The translations under genes were made by a program, and so were the position numbers. From an uncultured virus (IMG/VR IMGVR_UViG_3300042731_008559) (lineage: Duplodnaviria; Heunggongvirae; Uroviricota; Caudoviricetes), in the IMG/VR virus record IMGVR_UViG_3300042731_008559: 20,927 nt of DNA. One strand, 5' to 3'. Shown here piece after piece: positions 1 to 8,065 of the stretch. Below the pieces are notes generated by a model. That model worked only from the letters and a program-made list of their open reading frames with translations. It searched no databases and was not told the origin of the DNA. Positions within the stretch are counted from its first letter, which is position 1, and each line of letters starts with the position of its first letter.

Positions 1-1
1 C

Positions 2-1600
2 GAGGACGCCGAAGAAGCGCTGGTCCTCGAAGAGATGGGCTATCCGCTGCCGCTGTGGGCTCGCATCACAAGGGCCTACACCGAGCATGGAATAGATGAT
101 GGTATCGCCACCGACATCGAGATGATCCGCGTCGTCGACGATGCGGTTCAACAACAGGGAATCGGCAAAAAATGGACGGGAGACGAGCCCGCGGAGCTGA
201 TCGAGCTTGGTTGGAGGCGAAACTTCATCGAGCGGGCCATCGAGCGAGGGCACGACGACGGCGTCTACATCGGGCAGAGGAAGATGCCACTCGAAGAGGC
301 TGCAGAGCTGTGGGTAACGGAGGCAAGGAGCGCTTTTTTCGACAACACGATGCCAGACGTTATCATCAACTTCGATGGGTACCGCGTCGAGATGCTCGAA
401 TCGATCGACCCGCGGGTCGCCTTCTTTGATGACATCTTTGATTGGTCGGTTTCTGGTTCGAGCCGCCCCGAATACGCCTGGGACACCATAGAAAGTCCCC
501 ACGCTCGCCTCTATCTCGTCTCCAAAGTTGAAAAGAGGCGAAACAAACCCGTTGCCATCGCGTGGGCCTGGCGAACTCAGGGGGTCTACGAAGAGGTAGA
601 GGGCGGAACGAGGCCGGGCGGAACTCGTATGGAGATGGTCGAGGTCGAGCCCGGACCCATCGTCGTCATCGACGCGGTCCAGACCATCTACAGGACGCGC
701 AAGGCTAACGTGAAGATCTTGAAGGCGATCGAGGCGCTGGCTCATGCGATGCTCGAAAACGAAGAGACTATCACAGAGGTGCGCATTCAAAACGACGAGC
801 TGAGTTCCTACGAAGTTCAGGAATATCTTTCTTCGCCCTATGCCAGCCCGTGGAAGAAAGTAGGCGACGAGAGCGTGTGGCGTGAAGAGATGCACAAACA
901 CCCGCAGATCGATAAGTTTGGCCAGGGGTGGATGCAGACCCAGTGGCTCCTTGCATCACGCGAATCACCAGACGAGAACCCGCAAGAGTGGAAATGCCCG
1001 CTCCGCACCGAGATGTACGGCGGCATGCCTGAGGGCGGCAACTTCGGATCCGCAACCATGCTGGAGCTGGGCGCCCAGAACATCGCTGAGGCTGCTCACT
1101 GCATCCTTGGCTCTCTCGGAAAGCTGACCAGGCGAGGAGACTCAGGGCAAGACGAGTGGGCGAGGTGGCAGTATTCCCTTGTCTACGAGGTGGCCCATCT
1201 CAAAGAGGAGCTGGGCATCATCAACATGTGGGTGTGGAAGTGGTATGAGTACGGCTGGCATCGGGATACTCAGGAGAAATTCAACGACCCGACGCCGGAC
1301 CAGCTCCCCTACGTCGAGAGATCAGTCGAGAACATCCGAGACGTTGCTCCTCCGCTGGTCGTTCTCGCCGAGCTGAAGCGCGCTCATGTCGAAGCGCAGG
1401 AAGACATGCCTGAGCCGATCAAGGCGGCGGCGCTTTCCTCCTACGACGTAATCATCGCCGTCGCAAACGCTGTTTTCGACGCTGTCGAGGGCTGGCCAGA
1501 GGAAAAGGTCTACAACCCCTTCACGGTTACGCCCCTTCAGGCGGCGACACAGCGGCTCGGAGAGACCATAAATGAGCTACTAACCTACGTGAGGCGATGA
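2..1600 (+). CDS. EMGY-leader family protein 1 (5'-truncated); multi-domain cargo
   Basis: Frame is open from the window edge (EDAEEALVLEEMGYP...). The track's start at 35 is the M of the shared EMGY motif, so the true start is upstream of the window. Stop TGA ends at 1600. Confidence 0.85.
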   Translation, partial: EDAEEALVLEEMGYPLPLWARITRAYTEHGIDDGIATDIEMIRVVDDAVQQQGIGKKWTGDEPAELIELGWRRNFIERAIERGHDDGVYIGQRKMPLEEAAELWVTEARSAFFDNTMPDVIINFDGYRVEMLESIDPRVAFFDDIFDWSVSGSSRPEYAWDTIESPHARLYLVSKVEKRRNKPVAIAWAWRTQGVYEEVEGGTRPGGTRMEMVEVEPGPIVVIDAVQTIYRTRKANVKILKAIEALAHAMLENEETITEVRIQNDELSSYEVQEYLSSPYASPWKKVGDESVWREEMHKHPQIDKFGQGWMQTQWLLASRESPDENPQEWKCPLRTEMYGGMPEGGNFGSATMLELGAQNIAEAAHCILGSLGKLTRRGDSGQDEWARWQYSLVYEVAHLKEELGIINMWVWKWYEYGWHRDTQEKFNDPTPDQLPYVERSVENIRDVAPPLVVLAELKRAHVEAQEDMPEPIKAAALSSYDVIIAVANAVFDAVEGWPEEKVYNPFTVTPLQAATQRLGETINELLTYVRR

Positions 1601-1601
1601 G

Positions 1602-2558
1602 ATGTCCTTCGATTTGAAGATTGAATGCGACGGCAATGAATACGACGCCACCATTGATGATGATGGCGACCTGCTCATCTTCGAGTACGATGCCTCCGAA
1701 GACGAGACGCTCGCCGAGATGGGTTATGAGCCCACAGAATGCATGATGCTTTCGACGGGTTGGAAAGACTTCCGTGCGCTGCTGGAGAAGGACGGTCAGT
1801 GGGAAGACTTCATGGACGGCGTCACCGGCGCCGAAACAACGTTCGAGCTTGACGGTGAGGAGTTCACGGAACGATACGACATGGAGTTTGACGAGTTTCT
1901 GGACTACTTGACTACTTTCCTCAAGAAGTCCCTGGAAGATTTTGACAGCAGAAGCAGGAGTATCGCTCGCATCATCGGAGCGCTTTCGGACAGCTATGGG
2001 ATCAGCATCGTTCTCCACTCGGTGCATGTTGAGGACCCTTCCCGGATACTGGAAGATGTCAGTCTTCAGCACATCCCTGAGATTTTTGAGAACGAGCTTG
2101 TTATCAACGATAAGTCGATAGCGAAGTGGAAACGCGGATCGGCCCTGATCACCAACGACGTAATCGACTTGTACTACACCGAGCACGACATGGGGGAGTA
2201 TGACGACGACTACAGGCCCCCAGGGATGTGGCCAGACTTCTGGACTATGGATAACAAAAACGACATGGATCACGTGCTCGCGAGCTTTGGCCTCGAAGAC
2301 CAAGTCCCGCCACTACCAGAGCGCCCATGGGTTCCGGAGAAAGATCCCGATGGTCCGTATGGTGTCGAGTTCGTCGACTACTATTGGGACCAGCATGCGC
2401 AGGGTGGCAGAGAAATCAACACGACGGTCTGGTATCCCGACCTGGAGTCAGCGAAGCGCCATTTCGAGATCGTCACGGACATCGGAACAGCAAACCAGCA
2501 GACGGAGGGTTTTCGAGTGATCGATCGAGAGGGAGAAATTGTCGCTTGGCATTTGTAG
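1602..2558 (+). CDS. EMGY-leader family protein 2; highly acidic cargo of unknown function
   Basis: 318-aa ORF, GAGG SD, starts right after the previous stop; N-terminus CDGNEYDATIDDDG...DASEDETLAEMGYEPTEC. Confidence 0.88.
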   Translation: MSFDLKIECDGNEYDATIDDDGDLLIFEYDASEDETLAEMGYEPTECMMLSTGWKDFRALLEKDGQWEDFMDGVTGAETTFELDGEEFTERYDMEFDEFLDYLTTFLKKSLEDFDSRSRSIARIIGALSDSYGISIVLHSVHVEDPSRILEDVSLQHIPEIFENELVINDKSIAKWKRGSALITNDVIDLYYTEHDMGEYDDDYRPPGMWPDFWTMDNKNDMDHVLASFGLEDQVPPLPERPWVPEKDPDGPYGVEFVDYYWDQHAQGGREINTTVWYPDLESAKRHFEIVTDIGTANQQTEGFRVIDREGEIVAWHL

Positions 2559-2567
2559 GAGAGTTTC

Positions 2568-2990
2568 ATGACGACATACGACTACGTCACCGAGTTTGAT
2601 CCTGGTTTCAACGAGGGGAAGGTTCGATACGCGGCCCCCACTCACGTCCTTCAGGTCTATGGGACGCCAACGGAAGCGCGCAAGTACATCGCTGAGGAGT
2701 TTGGGCTTCCAGCGATCCCGCCGCCTGTCACCGTGCTTCCTCCTTACGATATTCGCAGCGGCCCCACGCGCACGTTGACGGTCGTTCCCCCTGGCTCAGT
2801 TCCAGGCGACCTGATCTCACAGCCCACCATGTGGAAGCAGATCGTCCCGGCGACGGGACTCGAAGGCTTCGGCACTGTTGCCAGTGGCAACGGCTCTGGC
2901 AACGGTTGGTTTCTCACAATTGGCGCGATCATTGGAGGATTCGTCCTCGCTCGCGTCGCGGCGGCGATGCTCGAACGGCGGGAGCGATGA
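2568..2990 (+). CDS. Small Pro/Gly-rich protein with C-terminal transmembrane helix
   Basis: 140 aa, GGAG SD; Gly-rich linker, then hydrophobic WFLTIGAIIGGFVLARVAAAML and a charged tail; ATGA overlap with the next gene. Confidence 0.8.
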   Translation: MTTYDYVTEFDPGFNEGKVRYAAPTHVLQVYGTPTEARKYIAEEFGLPAIPPPVTVLPPYDIRSGPTRTLTVVPPGSVPGDLISQPTMWKQIVPATGLEGFGTVASGNGSGNGWFLTIGAIIGGFVLARVAAAMLERRER

Positions 2991-3751
2991 AGTCGAAGAC
3001 CTTCGAGTTGGTCTGTGACGATGAGCGTCACACCTTCATCCTCTACGAAGACGGGTCCATGGAGATTGAGAACTTCGACGAGGAAGAAGCCGAGACGCTT
3101 CGAGAGATGGGGTATCGAGAAGACTGTCTGTTTACGCTTGAAGACTATCAGAATCGGCCCCTTCGATTCCTCGTTATTTTCTCGACCTATTTGTGTGGCG
3201 AAAAGCTTCGGCTGCTGCTTCACGGCATGATCGCAGAGTATTTTTACATGGTCCGAGAGGCGGTCCCGACGGACATGGCGAACCATCTCGAAAGAATGAT
3301 GAATGTCATCGAGGAGGGCGACGGTTACAAAAGAGGCGATTGGGTCTGGGCAAAGAAAATGATCCGCAACTGGACTCAATTGAAAAAAGAAGCGCGGTGG
3401 CGCAGAGAGGACAAGGCCATGTATCCCACAGTCGTCGTGGGGCGAGGGCCTGACCCTGAGGTGGAGCGCCGTGTTCAAAAGATTTGCCTAACGATCATTT
3501 CTTTGTACGTCAGAAGCAGCAAGGGGGCGTTGGATTGTGGGCAGTCTGCGGCGAAACGCATTGATGCATGGGACAATGTAGAGGAAATCGTACATAGGAT
3601 AAGAGAGGTCGCCAGAGAACTTGCTGTCGATGAAGTCGTGGAAGCGGGCGGCGGTCTCAATGATATCGGTGACGTCAGGGAAGAGTCTTTCGAGGAATTT
3701 AATAGAGAGATTTTTGAAAAAGCTCTCAACATCATCTTCGAGGAGGACTGA
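2987..3751 (+). CDS. EMGY-leader family protein 3; helical cargo
   Basis: Start reassigned to ATG 2987 (ATGA overlap); N-terminus CDDERHTFILYEDG...DEEEAETLREMGYREDC. Confidence 0.87.
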   Translation: MKSKTFELVCDDERHTFILYEDGSMEIENFDEEEAETLREMGYREDCLFTLEDYQNRPLRFLVIFSTYLCGEKLRLLLHGMIAEYFYMVREAVPTDMANHLERMMNVIEEGDGYKRGDWVWAKKMIRNWTQLKKEARWRREDKAMYPTVVVGRGPDPEVERRVQKICLTIISLYVRSSKGALDCGQSAAKRIDAWDNVEEIVHRIREVARELAVDEVVEAGGGLNDIGDVREESFEEFNREIFEKALNIIFEED

Positions 3752-3753
3752 CG

Positions 3754-4482
3754 GTGCCGGTTTCGATCACTATCTACTGCGACGACGAGCGTCAGGACGT
3801 CATCATCTATGAGGACGGATCCTTCGAGTTCGTGGGCTACGACTTCAGCGAGGACTTGACGCTCGAAGAGCTTGGATATGAGCCCTCGGATTGCCTGAGC
3901 GCGGCAAGGGAACTTGAAGGCGACATGGTCAACTTTCTCCTGGGGTCGTGGACGGGCCTCGCATTCAACGCCGGCATCGAAGACATTCCTGGGACGGCCG
4001 TCGAATACGTCCTCGACTGCTTTGCTCACGTCGCTCAGCAGTTTGGAGAGGCGGTTCCAGATTTCAAGTGGGTGGCTGGGGATGTCATAACGATAGCGCG
4101 TGCTCACAACATGAACGTCGACAACGTCGAGCTGGAAGAGAGCATGTGGATTCGTGCCGACCTGATGCTGAAGTGGTTGCGTCAGTATGGTGTGCGCAGC
4201 GAGCCGGTTCCTTACGACCGCGAAGAGATGGAAAAAGTCCTCAATGAGTACATCGTCCTGCTCAAGGATTTTCTCAAGTACATCCTGAACGAGGACAACC
4301 TGCTAGAAGACATGGCCAGCGGAGACATTGATACGACCGTCAGCCAGCTTCGTATCATCATGTCGGACTATGCCAGGGCCACTGGAGACCTCGAAGACCC
4401 GACCGCCAGCGAGATCGAAGAGGTCGAGTTCCGAGAGGAATCGTGGCAGCTCGCTCGGCTCTTGCAGTATTTGGAGGCGTGA
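3754..4482 (+). CDS. EMGY-leader family protein 4; Imm5-like helical cargo (tentative)
   Basis: GTG start after GAGGAGG; leader CDDERQDVIIYEDG...DFSEDLTLEELGYEPSDC; cargo has LDCFAHV and C-terminal EESWQLARLLQYLE. Confidence 0.87.
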   Translation: MPVSITIYCDDERQDVIIYEDGSFEFVGYDFSEDLTLEELGYEPSDCLSAARELEGDMVNFLLGSWTGLAFNAGIEDIPGTAVEYVLDCFAHVAQQFGEAVPDFKWVAGDVITIARAHNMNVDNVELEESMWIRADLMLKWLRQYGVRSEPVPYDREEMEKVLNEYIVLLKDFLKYILNEDNLLEDMASGDIDTTVSQLRIIMSDYARATGDLEDPTASEIEEVEFREESWQLARLLQYLEA

Positions 4483-5315
4483 TGTCAGTGATCGTTCCTG
4501 TGAACTGTGAGAATACTCAGATCGAGATCGAATTCTTTGAACACGGGAGCTTCGACGTTCACGGCTACGATATCGAAGAAGCCAAAGTGCTCGAAGAGAT
4601 GGGCTACGACACACCCGAGTGTCTTGCGTTCCTTCGGAGGTTGAGCCAAAGGACACTCCGGTTTCTCCTCAAGCGGGTGCCACTCGACCCCTACGAGCTG
4701 ATGATTACCTACCTGCTCGACTGCCTGCAGCACTCCGCGGACTACGCCGAGTTCGATGAGTTCATCCCCTGGATGGATCAGGTTGCCGAGGCGATCCGGG
4801 AACTGGGGACTGAGGGAGAGCCCCTGCAAGGCGAGCTGTATGAGGAAGCTATCGGCCAGTACCGAAAGTTCAAGGAGTGGTGGACGCTCGAATATGGTGA
4901 TTACATCTCTGGCGAAAGAGCAATTCAGAGTGGTTTTCGTGAATATGGGGGTCAAGAATTTGACGGGAACTACATGGCCTACCTCAACGACATAGTAAAG
5001 GCACACCTTCGATGGATCTTGGGGATGGCGATCGATCAAGACCCCAAGCGCGCGTGGGACCCAGGCGGCATGGGCTTTCCCAAGCTCTACCATTTCGTTG
5101 ACGCCATGGCCAAGGGTGCCTCTTATTTTAGGGTATTCAAGGAATACCCAGAAATCACATGGGAGGATACTCTTGTCTACGAAGAGGGCATTTGGTTTCC
5201 GGCAACGGATGCTCCTCAGACTGCACAAACAATCGATTTTCACGAACGCTTTTTCCCCGAGGAGCGCGCCTGGCAGATTGGCCGCTACGTCAAGTATCTT
5301 GAAGGCACGGAGTAG
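4482..5315 (+). CDS. EMGY-leader family protein 5; Imm5-like helical cargo (tentative)
   Basis: ATG 4482 (TGATG overlap, GGAGG SD); leader CENTQIEIEFFEHG...DIEEAKVLEEMGYDTPEC; cargo has LDCLQHS and C-terminal EERAWQIGRYVKYLE. Confidence 0.87.
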   Translation: MSVIVPVNCENTQIEIEFFEHGSFDVHGYDIEEAKVLEEMGYDTPECLAFLRRLSQRTLRFLLKRVPLDPYELMITYLLDCLQHSADYAEFDEFIPWMDQVAEAIRELGTEGEPLQGELYEEAIGQYRKFKEWWTLEYGDYISGERAIQSGFREYGGQEFDGNYMAYLNDIVKAHLRWILGMAIDQDPKRAWDPGGMGFPKLYHFVDAMAKGASYFRVFKEYPEITWEDTLVYEEGIWFPATDAPQTAQTIDFHERFFPEERAWQIGRYVKYLEGTE

Positions 5316-5317
5316 CC

Positions 5318-6124
5318 ATGGAGTGCATGTTCAAGGTCGGTGATGACTACGTCGGCATCGAGATCGACGACGAGGGGAATCTTCTCATCGACCAGGACGA
5401 CATCGAGGAGGCAGTCGTTCTCGCCGAGATGGGCTACCCCATGAGTGACCTTGTCAAGTTCTACGACGCCTGGGCTCACCTCGAATACAACGAGCGCTGG
5501 AAGATCGTGAACCGCGGCGGCGATTTCGCGACGAGCGGCGATATTGGTGCGCTCCCTGTCTACAGCTATCTCAACGCGGAGCAGCGAGCGTGCCTCTCAC
5601 TGAGTCTGACCGAGAAAGACAGGGCCGACGCTGCGCTCTATGCCGACAACCTCAACCCAGAGCTTCGTCTTCAGATGATCGAGAGCATCGGGACGGATGA
5701 AGCGTGGTCGAACTTTCTGGGCGAGTACCGATTCCTCGACGAGCAGCGACAGCGACAGCTCATCGACCAGCTCGCTCCCGAGTGGAAGGGCTGGCTCGCC
5801 CGCAAGGCGCGGGTGCTGACATATCCTCATCGTTTTGAGCTGATACTTGAAGCCCCGGACGGCGAGAAGATGGAGTTCCTGCAGACGCAGCAGTGGCTGA
5901 CGCAGAACCAGCAGTTCGTCCTGATCAACTCACTGGAGGACGAAGAATCTCTCTTCCACGTGCTCAGGTTGCCGCTCCAGCTCGCGATCACCTCTGACCA
6001 GAGGTTCGCCTTCGCCGATGCGATCGAGGACCCAGGACTGAGGGAAGAGCTGGCCCGCGTAGCGCCAGGACTCACTGATCAGCAGCGGGCTCTTCTGATC
6101 GATCCTGAGCTTGAGCCTCTTTGA
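5318..6124 (+). CDS. EMGY-leader family protein 6; cargo of about 7 short helical repeats
   Basis: GGAG SD; leader ...IDDEG...DIEEAVVLAEMGYP; ~24-27 aa units containing L[TND]xx(Q)RxxLxxxL. Confidence 0.87.
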   Translation: MECMFKVGDDYVGIEIDDEGNLLIDQDDIEEAVVLAEMGYPMSDLVKFYDAWAHLEYNERWKIVNRGGDFATSGDIGALPVYSYLNAEQRACLSLSLTEKDRADAALYADNLNPELRLQMIESIGTDEAWSNFLGEYRFLDEQRQRQLIDQLAPEWKGWLARKARVLTYPHRFELILEAPDGEKMEFLQTQQWLTQNQQFVLINSLEDEESLFHVLRLPLQLAITSDQRFAFADAIEDPGLREELARVAPGLTDQQRALLIDPELEPL

Positions 6125-6818
6125 TTCGCCGTGTAGAAACTTCGATCGCTTCGTCGCAAATATCACTTCCGCAGAAGATGCGCCCCAGCTCGACAGCCGC
6201 GACGCCGGCCGAGCCGCTCCCGCAGAAGGGGTCGCAGACGACTTCGCCAGGCTCAGTGCTTTGGCTGATGAGCGTCCGGAGGACGGGGACTGGCTTCTCG
6301 GTGGGGTAGCCCTTGTAGATGCGTTTCTCTCTGATGACGTCTGGAATGGAGAGGTCGTTGAGCTTTCGCTTTCCTTTTTCGAAGAAGAGGATCAGTTCGT
6401 ACCGGGCTCTGTAGTGATAGCCCATGCCGATGGCGACCTTATCCCATACGAGCGGCTTGTGGAACGTGAACCCGGCCTCTTCGGCGATCGGCTTTGCCAC
6501 AAACATCGTTTCCTGGTCACAGAACAGGTAGCAATGTGAATCCATCCTGAGGACGCGGTACAGTACTCTGAACAGATCATCGAAGCGTGAGTTTGGGAAG
6601 ATTTGAAACCAGTCATTTGAAGAGGATTTCGAGTGGCTGAGCCTGGTCGTTGTCCCTTTTGCTCGGTGTTTCTCCAGTGATTCGTAGGGAGGGTCGGTCA
6701 CGACGAGGTCGACCGATTCGTCCTCAAGACTTCCCAAAAAGTCAAGCGCATCCTGCTTAACGACCTGTGAAGTGACAAATCGCGGTCCCCCGCGAAAAAA
6801 GAGCGGTTCCTGTTTCAT
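6072..6818 (-). CDS. Site-specific DNA methyltransferase (N4-cytosine/N6-adenine, beta class), orphan
   Basis: Catalytic motif VVTDPPY near the N-terminus; YPTEKP and SAM-binding DPFCGSGS near the C-terminus (beta order). Start placed at ATG 6818 (MKQEP); the upstream part of the 581-aa track ORF is antisense to real plus-strand genes. Confidence 0.95.
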   Translation of the reverse strand: MKQEPLFFRGGPRFVTSQVVKQDALDFLGSLEDESVDLVVTDPPYESLEKHRAKGTTTRLSHSKSSSNDWFQIFPNSRFDDLFRVLYRVLRMDSHCYLFCDQETMFVAKPIAEEAGFTFHKPLVWDKVAIGMGYHYRARYELILFFEKGKRKLNDLSIPDVIREKRIYKGYPTEKPVPVLRTLISQSTEPGEVVCDPFCGSGSAGVAAVELGRIFCGSDICDEAIEVSTRRIKEAQAQDRSEEPAADQ

Positions 6819-6825
6819 CGGCGGC

Positions 6826-6855
6826 AATATAGCACATGCAATATCCTCTGGACAA
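6826..6855 (-). promoter_or_regulatory. Putative sigma70-type promoter for a leaderless methyltransferase mRNA
   Basis: Minus strand TTGTCC-18 nt-TATATT with an extended -10 TG; ATG is 7 nt downstream of the -10 and there is no SD. Confidence 0.55.
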
Positions 6856-6877
6856 GGTAGGTTGCATATGTTACCCC
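6849..6877 (+). promoter_or_regulatory. Promoter/operator element copy 1: TGGACA-N6-GTTGCATATGTTAC
   Basis: Intergenic; 12/14 match to palindrome GTAGCATATGCTAC at 6861-6874; second degenerate box ATAGCACATGCAAT at 6829-6842. Confidence 0.7.
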
Positions 6878-6908
6878 TAGGATATGTGCGAGCGAAAGGA
6901 CCATCGTG

Positions 6909-7667
6909 ATGTCCAAGGAAAAAGAGCGATGCCCCGAGTGCAGAATGTTGGGCCAGCACAAGCTTCAGTGCAGTCGTCGTGAGGACGGAGGGCAGGTGCG
7001 CCTGCCTATGAAGATGGTCAAGCGCGCTGTGCCTCATCCAGAGCACCCCTCGGGAAAGGACCACTTCTCCGTCCAGGTGCTCTCTGACCCATGGTGTTGG
7101 GTCGTTGTCCGCTTCAAGCTCGAAACGATGCACGAGGACATGGGGACGCTCATCACCATGCTCGGGGCCGACTACGGATCGAAAAGCCCCAAGATGCTCC
7201 GGGACGATCTGTTCCGAATGGAGTTCCCCTTCAGCGATGGAAATACTCACGCTGGCATGTTCGCGCTCGAAGCGTGGCAGGCGCTCAGCCGCAACATGTG
7301 GTGCGGCGATCTCGACGAAGAGCTTTCCTTCTTCAGGACCCATCGAACTATCTGGGAGCTGGGCCACGAGCTGACCTACCACGAGGAGCTGAAGATTCTC
7401 CGTTTCCTGCGCGATAACCCCGAGAAGCAGTGGGGGAAGAAGGGGGCTGTCCTCATCGAGCTTCAGGACACGCTGGGCATTGGCGGCGGCGCCATCCTCA
7501 CGCTCATCGAGCCGAGCGGCGGCTTCGAGGATTACCAGTACGTCGTCACCATCGGCGGCTTCCGCTCCGGCAACCCCTTTACCATCGACCTGCCAGCCGT
7601 CGAAGCGCGGATCGCCCTGATGGAGGAACAGGGGCCTCCAGACCCCTGGGAGGAGTCGGCAGATTGA
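6909..7667 (+). CDS. Hypothetical protein with N-terminal C2HC-type zinc-finger motif
   Basis: AAAGGA SD; CPECRMLGQHKLQC at the N-terminus; GTG 6906 is an alternative start. Confidence 0.8.
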   Translation: MSKEKERCPECRMLGQHKLQCSRREDGGQVRLPMKMVKRAVPHPEHPSGKDHFSVQVLSDPWCWVVVRFKLETMHEDMGTLITMLGADYGSKSPKMLRDDLFRMEFPFSDGNTHAGMFALEAWQALSRNMWCGDLDEELSFFRTHRTIWELGHELTYHEELKILRFLRDNPEKQWGKKGAVLIELQDTLGIGGGAILTLIEPSGGFEDYQYVVTIGGFRSGNPFTIDLPAVEARIALMEEQGPPDPWEESAD

Positions 7668-8065
7668 TTTGGTTTGTTTCACTCGACGAGGGTCGTTTTC
7701 ACATCTACTGCAAAGACGGCCGCAAGAACGACGGCAAGTGGTTCGATCCTGATGATATCGAAGGGATGAAGGCGTTCTGTAAGAAGATGGAGATCGATCA
7801 CGTCTGCGGCCTCTCATCGGTTGACTTTCCTGAGGAGAATGGGCTCGACGAGGACTTCAATGCCAATGAGGTCATCGGCAAGGTGCTATGGTCAGGTCCC
7901 GCTCTCCTTCACCTCCAGGAAGGTCTCGTGTCCCTGTACCGCGCCTATCACTCGGGCCAGCTCACCGAGGACGAAGCCAACAGGCTGGAGAAGGCTGGCG
8001 ACGAGATCAAAGCTATCTACGATGAGGCCGAGCCTCGTCTCAACCCCGGTGGTAACCCCGAGTGA
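7664..8065 (+). CDS. Hypothetical protein
   Basis: TTG start overlapping the previous TGA, GGAGG SD; MIWFVSLDEGRFHIYC... Confidence 0.72.
   Translation: MIWFVSLDEGRFHIYCKDGRKNDGKWFDPDDIEGMKAFCKKMEIDHVCGLSSVDFPEENGLDEDFNANEVIGKVLWSGPALLHLQEGLVSLYRAYHSGQLTEDEANRLEKAGDEIKAIYDEAEPRLNPGGNPE

Noticed and set aside
2..6124. Diversity-generating retroelement or integron cassette explanation for the array
   Set aside because: No reverse transcriptase or integrase in the window, no near-identical template/variable repeat, and no intergenic space for attC sites; leader similarity is mainly at protein level
6111..6539. 142-aa plus-strand ORF after the array
   Set aside because: Entirely antisense to the conserved methyltransferase and lacks the EMGY leader
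6819..7817. 333-aa N-terminal extension of the methyltransferase in the 581-aa track ORF
   Set aside because: Antisense to well-formed plus-strand genes (6909, 7664) and crosses the promoter region; methyltransferase motifs begin only after ATG 6818
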